DNA of 20,000 bases from Trichoplax sp. H2 (Eukaryota), in the NCBI GenBank assembly GCA_003344405.1, contig NOWV01000027.1, positions 608,443 through 628,442 of the forward strand, given 5' to 3'. Positions 10,207-20,000 of this stretch are shown here, in pieces. Within the stretch, counting starts at the first letter, position 1, and each line of letters begins with the position of its first letter. Below the pieces are notes generated by a model. That model was not told the origin of the DNA, did no database searches, and worked only from the letters and a program-made list of their open reading frames with translations. The position numbers and the translations under genes were made by a program.

Positions 10207-13200
10207 ATGGCAGATCCATTGATGCTCGCAACATTGATCGAACTAGGCTTCGATCGTTCTAAATCGTAAGTTTCCATTGACAATCAAGCAGTTATGCTAA
10301 TGAAGCAAGAGTACACCAGTAGCATTAATTGGCATCATATGTCTATCAAATGAATTAATATACGTATAATAATTGACTAATGCAGTTGTTGAGCTCAATC
10401 TTATCAAGTTCCCTGCTACGATGATAGTGTCGATTGACGTGGATAAGCAATACCTGAAATGGACTAATGATAGTCAGTAGACAATATACGTCTTACTGAT
10501 TATTCACCAACATCGAAATACAGTATTCTTGATCTCTATTGCAGATGCTACTGACAAGCTACTGTAGCACCTAAATCTTAGCATAGATAAAATATATATA
10601 TCTTTGTTTAGAGATTGATAAATACCCAGCCAAATGAAAACGTGTCTTAGAGTCATCTAGATATGGAAGTTCGCCTGCCTATTTAGTTATCATTTGGTCA
10701 CTTCATTATTTACTATCGTAATTCAAATTATATGCGTTATGGTATCGTTATGAAAAAGAAATGACATCCAATAGTTTTTATTCATTGCCAGTGTAAAATC
10801 GTATGAGTATGATTTGTGAATGGGATTTATCCTGTTTGCAGATTTGACAATTGTATATACTGTTATAGTACAGTAGTCATACTTTAAAGGTAGGGTTATA
10901 CAGGAATGTACTTAATTATGCTAATCACATCGTAGAATAATATAAAAATTAGGTAGAAAAGCGATTTTCTATAGAAACGTATTTGCGCCGTATATCCGAT
11001 GTGATCCCATACAGCCTAGGATGATTATACGTAATTATGATGGCAGTTTGAATATGAACTTTAAATTTATGTAATGGCTTCGGCTATAGCATACCATCAG
11101 AAAATTTTTGGAAAGCACATTTAATCGCCTAAAAGATAGCTGCCCTACTACAATACATATCTTTCCGTTTGGATTATAGTGTTAAATTTCTCTCAATGCG
11201 CTAATGCGTAGATATAACGTTTTGATCAGTAAATGTTTAAAATGATAATCTAATTGAAATTTGAAAGTATATTACTACCTAAGCCATAGACTTCTAGATA
11301 CCTTGAGGTATCTAGAAGTCCATACCTTATCATACAGTAACCAGTAGAGATTGTACGCTCACTCATCCTCGTATTTATCTACGTACGAAAGCCACGTGGA
11401 AAGTTTGCAAATATACATATATACCACTGTATAAATATAACGCAAACTGAATCATTTTAACTAGCATACTAATATCATATGGATTGCACTCCAAATTAAG
11501 ACTAATAATATATAGAATATGTGTTAATACCGTCTATATCCTGCGTATTGCATAGATAAGCGTGCTATGGTACAGGTTACCTAAAAAAGATGCTTGCGCC
11601 ATCATAAATCCAATCGACTCTATGATATACATATGCGTACAGTATAGCTATTGATTATATACTACAATGAAATACATTTTGTTTTAGCTTCATGTTTCTT
11701 GCCTAATATTATCTTGTCCTCTTTCATGTTAGTGAAAAAGCTCTAATAAATGTAAATAATCGCGGAATTGAAGGAGCGATCGATTGGTAAGATGCTAGAA
11801 TATCGTATACTTCTCGTATATAACATATATAAAATATACAGTATACTACCGTTTCATGAAATTGAACTTACTGCTAGTTATTGTGTCCGTTACTTTGTAC
11901 AAGTATACTGCTATAAAATATATTTATTAACAAAACGCTGGATTGGGTAGTTAATTCGCATCATATTTTGTAGTTACCATGATTAAATCGCTAGTATTAT
12001 GCTGATGTCTCTTATTTCCGAATAGGATAATGGCTCATACAGACTCTAATGATCAATCTACAGATCCAACCGCAAGCGCGAATATGCAAAGTAATGTCAC
12101 AGTATTAACAAGGATAAAGTGCCTACTTTATGAGCTTACAGAATTGAAATGTTTTTGAAGTTGATAGATACAGTATCGGGCTTTAACAGAATTTGGATTA
12201 AAATTTATTACTATAATGTATCACTATATTATTATCCTACAGTATATAGCGATATTATTCTTGAACTATTATCAACTACTTTAACGAAAGCTTTACTACT
12301 AAAATGCTGACACCCTGGGGTTGACAATTAGCCATATTGTCTATCATTTGAATGTACAGTAGACTACTCTATAATCATTTTTAATAAGTATGTTGCATGA
12401 TTTTTATGATAATTTGTAGGCCAGGAAGGTCAACCTAGCAGCGAAACGACTGTAAGGCAATATATAAATGCATAATTTATATTAGTCTAAATTATAATCA
12501 GGCTGTATTGCAGTATTTAAAATGAATGAAATCTACTGATTGCTTATTCGTATAATACCCGTGCAATATTATAGGCAGAAACCAATCGTCCGCTAACGGA
12601 AGAAGAAAAGAAAGAAAAGCTAGAGAAGTAGGAGATAATGCTTTAATCTACATTTAAATATTTATGTCGGAGAATGTTAATACCACATAATTTGGCATCT
12701 ACAGTATTGTAAATCCCGAATTCACCTTTTATATCTTAGACTAGAATCTAAAATTAAGGAAAGACGTAGACTGCGAGAAGCTGAAGAACGTAAGGTAATC
12801 TTTGATTTGAATTATATAGGCAAATGCAAGGACTACTAGAAGAGAGTACATCGAAGGTTCTCTTCTAGTAATTTTTGGTAAATAAAGCAGAGTTGAGTTT
12901 GTAGAAACAATTATTCTGTCACGACTAATTATAGTATTAAACGCATACTATCTTAGTTTTTATATAACTATGAAAATTTGAATATCCGTTTTACGATGTT
13001 AATTATATTACCATAAATTGATAGCTTGAGAAAGATCAAGAAATAAGTCGTCGGGAATCTGGCAAAATGATTACAGATGTTAAAAGAAAGTATGCTTACA
13101 TTTAGGCATATAAAAAGTAATTACAGAATCAATAAACAAAACTATAAATTTGTTGCTTTTTATTGAAAAATTTAGAGTTGAAATCAAAGAAATGCAAAAA

Positions 13201-14187
13201 TTAGCAGAGCAAAGAAAGAGAGAAAAGATGGAAGATAGATTAGCAAGGTAAATAATCTCTATTTTGCTACCGTAGCTATTGCATTTACTTATGCTTATTA
13301 TGTATTATGGATAATAATTATACTATATTTAATCCTATAAATGCCGAAGAAATGTTTCATATAATTTAAAAGTTAATAAGTACCTTTTGCCCGCATTAAT
13401 TGTAATTGCGACTAAAATTCTTTCAGGGAAAAAGTGAAGGCTATGATCGCTGAAGACAGAGCAAGAGTAGGTTTAATCAATATCAAGCTGTTTTAGCTTA
13501 TTTTGTAGACACGTAGCTGTAATTTAAGTGAGTGAATGATTCAATATATTAATGATGCAGGCAAAAGGCAAGCCTGACACAACTAACAGTGTTACTAGTC
13601 AGCAAACATCTACCAAAGTCGAATCTTCCACTGAATCAACTGTCAAAAAGGAATATACAAATTGTCGTATACAGGTTTTATAGTCGCTTTTTGATATTGT
13701 CTATATTAGTATCGTATAATATTTAATTTTATAAAACGCATTATAGTAAAGTTGCTACTGATTCCATTTTCTTTTTACTATAGGTTCGCCTGTCCAATGG
13801 ATCAAATATTTCTGCAACCTTTGACGTAAATGATACGATTGCCACAGTTATGGATTTTGTGAGAAAAAACAGAACTGATGGTGACTGTCCGTTTAACCTA
13901 ATGACAACATTTCCGCGTAAAGTTTACTCAGAAAACGACATGGACATGACAGTCAAAGATGCAGGTAACTTTTACTCATTTCGATTAAACTGTAAATTAA
14001 TTATATATTATTGCTATGTAGCTTGTCTATATGAAACGTAATAAAGTATCCGTCCGAGAAATACTCGTGTTGCTACTTATGAAAGCTATTATTTGATATA
14101 AAAATTTCAATTTGTAACCCTAACTGTATTTTTATGCTTTTGCCAGGATTTGTTCCATCGATATCCTTGGTGTTAAGGAATATGTAA
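10207..14187 (+). CDS. UBXN1: UBX domain-containing protein 1 (SAKS1-like p97/VCP cofactor; UBA, coiled coil, UBX), 276 aa. Exons: 10207-10265, 11733-11786, 12026-12090, 12420-12451, 12575-12627, 12740-12794, 13025-13089, 13176-13247, 13427-13466, 13561-13674, 13784-13964, 14147-14187
   Basis: Twelve GT-AG-bounded exons total 831 nt in one frame. UBA: MADPLMLATLIELGFDRSKSEKALINVNNRGIEGAIDWIMAH. Coiled coil: RPLTEEEKKEKLEKLESKIKERRRLREAEERK..EISRRESGK..EQRKREKMEDRLAREKVKAMIAEDRAR. UBX: KKEYTNCRIQVRLSNGSNISATF..FNLMTTFPRKVYSENDMDMTVKDAGFVPSISLVLRNM*, including the R...FPR p97-binding motif. The linker exon 12420-12451 is the least certain boundary. Confidence 0.92.
11285..11324. repeat. Inverted repeat with perfect 15 bp arms and a 2 nt spacer, flanked by CATA direct repeats, in UBXN1 intron 1
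   Basis: cata | GACTTCTAGATACCT (11289-11303) tg AGGTATCTAGAAGTC (11306-11320) | cata. Confidence 0.9.
12834..12870. repeat. Inverted repeat with 12 bp arms and a 13 nt loop, in UBXN1 intron 6
   Basis: TACTAGAAGAGA (12834-12845) and TCTCTTCTAGTA (12859-12870) are exact reverse complements. Confidence 0.85.
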
Positions 14188-15504
14188 TTCTTTCATCTTA
14201 AAGATATCACACTGTCGTGGATACGAACATAAAATGTATCATAAAGCCATGCCAGAGATAATTTACATTTTACATCACTTGTTAACTGATAGTGCAAGTT
14301 TTTCTACCGCTGAGTTTGGCAAGTTTTCATTTAATGGCAAAGTATAATTGTCCTAATTCGATAATATTTAGTACTGGATTGTTCATTATCCAGCAATTTG
14401 ATTTCAAGAATTCATTCAAATATCATATAAGTGAACCTGCTGTATTGCCTGTGGTATAAGAAGCTATCATGAGATGTTTGATCAGCTTCTTATTGTAAAT
14501 AAGCGTGTAGACTTGTCTTGATGCATAGTTGTAATTTTAATGAGATAAATACATTGATATCGTATAAGATGGTCGATACACTGTGCTATTAGTAGCTGAC
14601 TAAGGCTATATTCCTGGTCAGTAAGATGCAATCTTATTCAATTCACTATGCTGTGAAAAGACAAAAACGACACGAGATATATTTTGGATGTGCTATATCA
14701 ACTTTATTTAACAGGTATATTTGATATGGTGTGAGGCAGTGAGTTATTGTCATGTGTTATAGAGAAGCTAGGCGTTAGAGGACTATAAGACATCTGCTTA
14801 TTTTATCCACATAATTTTATATTTATACGTACATACGCATTACTATATCGTCGTTAACATCTACGTTTATAACTTGAAATCTCATCCATGGCAAAATTTC
14901 ATAATTCATGCATTAATCCAATCACGATCCTACGATATAGCTCTCTTCGTGCCAACAATTTACCAATTATCGAGCTTGAAAATTAGGTTTAAAATGCAGT
15001 GATACACCTTGAATATCAATACTATTTCCATAAGAGGTGGTATCTAATATTGAAATTGTCATTATTTCATGGTAATTATTTAAATTAATGAAGAGACCTA
15101 CATCAACATTTTTAGTTCGGCCAAATTGAAATGTCCTTAATTCTTACATTAATACAGTCATAATTATGAACAAATTTCCTCCTATGCCAAGAAGTATAGA
15201 CATGACCAAATTCTACGATAGGACTATGTACTTGCACTGATATTCACTGTTCGTATAATTAAATTGAATGCTTTAACAGGTAGTAGTAGTGGCTTCTCCA
15301 TGTTATTACTGCATAAGTAAATTCTGTTTAAGATAGCAAACTGATTTTTCTTTCGGCAAGACGAGTCTTGGATTGCTGTCGACAAGTCATACTTGTAAAG
15401 AAACCATCAAGAGGAGGGTGATGTCGGCACTTAACTAGATAGAATTTAAGAAATTTTATTTATGTAAGAAAACAAATCAAGGTTTATATTATTGACACGA
15501 AAGC

Positions 15505-15725
15505 AAACTAGCATCGAAGCTCCCTACTTGATAGTTAAAATTAGCAAATTTACTCCATGGTTGATTTAATTTGCATTCATTAGTCTATATCGTGATTAAT
15601 ATTTATTAATTGTATGATAGTAAACTAGCATTGAATTTCTCTATTCGATAGTTAACTTTAGCAAATTTACTCCAAGATTGGTCTTAATTTCATCCGGTAG
15701 TCTATACCTTGATTAATGTCATTTG
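15505..15725. repeat. Diverged tandem duplication, period about 117 bp, 2 copies
   Basis: The pattern aaactagcat..gatagttaa..ttagcaaatttactcca..tagtctata..tgattaat occurs starting at 15505 and again at 15622. Confidence 0.85.
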
Positions 15726-16009
15726 TAGATATAATATCCTTACTTGGGATATACAAGTATATTGTGTAATACGAAGGACGATATTTGCAGTATTTCCATA
15801 TCATCCATCGTTGATTAACTTAACTGAACAATCTATTATATGCTCATTAAGACATTGACACTTGATGCGTACCAGTAGTATTCACCTTTTATCATTATAA
15901 CATGGACAGTACATTTATTTCTCTGCCTATTTCAACTATTAATAAAGTAGAACTTAGCTAGTAATCGTTGTAGTTATATATATGTGCATGCACTGTATTC
16001 ACCCGTTTT

Positions 16010-16320
16010 GACTTTAATATGTTACTTTAAAGTATCGCCTCGCTTGTAACATACTTTCTATTTACTTCCTTACTAATTTTAGTGATGATTTTATCCATCT
16101 GTTCCTTCAATATGTTGGTATAAAGTATCATCTCATTTCTAACATGCACCGTATTTTCTTTCTTATAAATTTCGCGATAGTTTTATGGATCATTTCTTTC
16201 AATATGTTATTATAAGTATCATCAGATTTCTAACCCACAGTGTATTTACATTTCTATAGATCTTAACGTTGTTTACCCATTTTTTCTTTTAATATGTTGT
16301 CATTGAGTATCATCTTGCTT
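16010..16320. repeat. Degenerate tandem repeat, period about 90-93 bp, about 4 copies
   Basis: The core ttYAATATGTT....AGTATC(A/G) recurs with AATATGTT at 16016, 16109, 16201 and 16291. Copies 2 and 3 also share ATTTCTAAC..GTATTT. Confidence 0.8.
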
Positions 16321-17354
16321 ACTAGAAGATACAATAAAGAATTTGGATTCCTACTAATAACATTTTAATTACACACTCTATAACTTCACTATGACTCGTA
16401 CTATCTCCGCTTGACTTCTTTGCCAAGTAGAGTAGTAGCTTCGTTCATGGATATCAATACAATAGTTTTCATATTTATAGTTGTGCTGATAGAATTTTAG
16501 TATAGATGTAGTTATCAGGCGACTATAAGATTATAAACAATCATGTTAATTTCGTATCTTTGCGGCTATATCACGTATAAAACAGAACTTATCAAATTCT
16601 ACTATAGGGATGTAATATGTAAACAATTTACTGAAAGCAGCGTTAACTATCTTATAAATAGTGCTTTATAAAAGGCGTTCACGATCCACATTGAATAGCA
16701 TGCATTTAAAATTGAAAAAAATTATTCTAACTAAACGAAATATAAAATTGGCTTCCATTGCATTATTATTAATCATTTTCATATCCCTGGGATAACTTAA
16801 AATAAATTTCAAGTGCAAGATGAGTAATATACTATTTTCTAGTTTTATATCATTCGATCATTTGACTTGCAATTGATGAATAAAAATAAGGATCACAAGA
16901 AGCTGTTAGAAAGATTAATTTTTATACTTGAATACCCAAATCGTCAAAGCTCGTTCCATGGACTAAGAAATTTTTATATCTATACGTACATATATAATTA
17001 TGTCTTATTATTACTGATTTTAATTTTTCGTGCGAAATGACTTCCATGATATAAATTAAAATCTTTCTATTACTTAGAATTTATGAATGAAAGAGATTGG
17101 TAAGAATGGATAGCAAAAAATGAGCCAAGGCTTGAGAAGTAACGATAATAATTAAATTATCCTAGATTAAAAGTTTAAATCTATTTTCTCTCGATGTTGT
17201 GTCTAGGCGCAAGTTGTTATTAAACTGTGTGATTGGCTCTTCTCTTAGTAAGACGACAGGCTCATAATTGGCAAAAAATTGAATCATAACCGTGATGAAA
17301 TAAACTTTAAAGTGAGTCAAATTGCATGAAATTAAAGTCAATTAGAGAACTTAC

Positions 17355-17502
17355 TTTCTATGCATTGATAGATCGTTTCAACACCATCTTGAACTATCGA
17401 TTTCTGCTTATGATTAGCTCCATCACATTCAATACTAGGGGCTGCATTAGACCAATTGATCATCAATCCGATAGCAAGGATGAAAATTGCAAATCTGGTC
17501 AT
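17355..17502 (-). CDS. First coding exon of a putative small secreted protein (signal peptide, Cys-containing); downstream exons unresolved
   Basis: Minus strand reads MTRFAIFILAIGLMINWSNA/APSIECDGANHKQKSIVQDGVETIYQCIE plus 1 nt, then the consensus donor GTAAGT. It has n-, h- and c-regions with an S-N-A cleavage site, A at -3 of the ATG, and an in-frame stop upstream. A pyrimidine-rich acceptor (..ttttattcaatataccacag|) near 17700 suggests a spliced 5' UTR. Confidence 0.6.
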
Positions 17503-20000
17503 GATAGTCGTATTATTTGTCCAATGATTTTAAACCAATTTCAACACAGATTTTTTCTGCTCTTCTTCTATCGTCAATCAGATAGATTTCAACTTTCAGC
17601 TGTCACAATTACAAATAACTATTTTGCTATCGTCGAGACTTTATTAAGGTGGGCAATAAAAATAATCAATAGACGCTTTAGGCGTGAGATCCAATATATC
17701 TGTGGTATATTGAATAAAAGACGATAAATAAAGACAATAACACCATAGTCAGTTTTGATTGGTAAATAGTCTTGGCAGGATATTAAGTTCTAGGTGCTAT
17801 AGGATTCACTATTCCTCCATGAATTAAATATATTGTCTTAAATGGATAATATAGGCTCGATTGAAGAATACTTGGAATGCATAAGAGTGGTGAGATCAAG
17901 GTCATGCTATGTAACTAAAGAAAGAAAAGAAACAATTTAGAGGATTGTAAAATTTCCTTTTACATCGTTATTCATCAAATTGATCATCTTGGTAGTGAGA
18001 AATAATAATAATCGTCATGACTAAAAACAATAACAAGACTAAAAAATGGAATATTTCATTTTAGAAATGAAAATGAAACGATCGTTTGGGTAGTGAGAAA
18101 TAATAACTGTTTTAATTAAAAATTAATAACAAAAGTAAATCAAAGCTGAATTGGAATGAACGATCATCGATCATACAGTTCGATAATAGTCTATTTTTAT
18201 ATTCATTAGATGATGGAATAAGTTATTAACTATAATAGTTGAAATATCTATGTTGTAAGTCGATTTTTAATTCATTGATACTATTGGCAACCATATAGAA
18301 TTGTAAAATAATGGTATAATATTAGGCTAGATAGATCGACTATAATAGTTAGAAACTCTTTGGATATATATTCATGTTGATTGTGAATGAATAATCTGCC
18401 GTAATAGTGCATGGATACTATTGGCAATTATTGAATAAAAAGGATATCCAACCAGATAGATTGATTCATTAGGGATCCTATCAACTAGGTTCTGCTTTTC
18501 TTAGGTTATTGCTACTTTCTAGTAGCAACATGTTTGATAGATCAAAATTGATCAAGGCAAATAATTTATTCTCGTTCCAAATTGCATATTATGTAGCACA
18601 AGCGAACAACCAAAGATACCCTTTGATAGCAGACAGATATCAAAAATAACGATGACTGCTGTATTTTAAGTCTGTTTTTTTATGCCGGACCCTTTCACGA
18701 AAAATAGCCTTATTATTTTTTATCTTTCCTTCCTTCCTATGCTATGCTATCGTTCGGTTGTTCTTGTTTTGAAATGACTTCAAATTATTCAATCTGTAGG
18801 TATTCTATTGCAAGTTAACTAAAATGTCAACTTCAAAAATAAACTTGTCATTAACTCATCCTTTGAAGATATTTATCGAAACAACTAAAAATCGTCAACA
18901 AAATATTATCTAAATGATACTATTTGTTATTTGTACCATTACGTCAGGGCTGGATGTTATTTTGTTGAAGGCCGGCAATAATAAAGCACTATTTATTCTG
19001 AGTCAGGTTTAGAAAGGAACTATAGAATAGGTAAAAAACATCTGCTTCCATTTGAATAAAATTATGATATCAATGGCCTAACTTTTCACTGGGTAATATG
19101 GGCGGTTGCTCTAATGGCGTGATCACCACTTAGAAACTGATTTAATATAAAATACTTCTCCATATTGTCTTCAAAAGGAGATTCTACAATAAGCCACAGT
19201 ATCGATAAGTTAACGCACTAATGCACACAATGAATCAATTGCTAGTGTCATAACTGCTTATTTTTCACATTAATTCTAATAGGATAATACTTAACCATTA
19301 AGTTATCTATAGCGAGCATTGCTAGCGTAGTTGTTTATGTTATCAGAGAATAATATCGATTGAAATAATGCTCTAAGCTAGGTAGAAATTTTGATCAACA
19401 ATTTTCAAACAAGCAATATCTATGCAAGATTGATTGATAGATAGGATATTTAATGAAAAAGTTAAAATTCCTTCTGGCCGTTCTGTTCATAAGATTTATG
19501 TAATTATCGAATAAATATAAATGATCACTTCTCAATGTAGTGTATTCAGAATATACTGTAACTATATTCTACTCTTAAATATAGACATGTTGTATTGCTC
19601 TTATATTTAGACAGATCTACAGTCCGCTTACTCTACATTCATATATAGACTACTGTATTTAGTTATTACGGTACTCGCTGTTTTCTACAACCATCTGCTA
19701 TTTTGTAACCTATTATGGTATATGTTGTATCTAATTCCACAATCCTATTCTCTGCATGTGCTCTATCTTTAAAACTATAAATACCGGCGATTTCTACCTC
19801 AGAGTTCATTAGCCTCTCAGTTAGTCTTCTAGTTAGTCTCTCACAGTCTAATACTTCTACTCGTTACTCACGACAGCTTGCACGCTGATCTACCGTAACT
19901 ACCTCACTGTACTTCACATTACTAACCTACAATAAAGCATAACTTTTATAAACCCTTTGTTGTAATAATTGTAAATGGCGACTAAATCTCAATCCTCTGA

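Noticed and set aside
18824..18913. Short ORF MSTSKINLSLTHPLKIFIETTKNRQQNII resembling the start of the 5907 ORF
   Set aside because: It has only 29 codons and the similarity is limited to a few N-terminal residues, so it is likely chance.

Overview
This is eukaryotic, AT-rich (roughly two-thirds A+T by eye), intron-dense DNA, not prokaryotic. Most of the supplied ORF track (TTG/GTG starts, no splicing) is therefore misleading. Short GT-AG introns and animal-type proteins suggest a compact, early-branching animal genome such as a placozoan; this taxonomic call is inference only. Two genes can be rebuilt exon by exon in a continuous frame. The first is the 3' part (14 exons) of an AP-1/AP-2 beta-adaptin gene (16-3342, +). 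The second is a complete 12-exon UBXN1/SAKS1-type UBA-coiled-coil-UBX gene (10207-14187, +, 276 aa), which the ORF track almost entirely misses. Less certain are an orphan coiled-coil ORF (5907-6440, +) and the first coding exon of a small secreted protein with a signal peptide (17355-17502, -). The non-coding DNA holds a 52-53 bp tandem array with RFX X-box-like motifs just upstream of UBXN1, a strong and patchy excess of TACWGTA, a 32 bp palindrome flanked by a 4 bp direct repeat, and several decayed tandem duplications. I found no CRISPR array, RNA gene, transposase or clearly new multi-gene system; the findings are leads, not discoveries.
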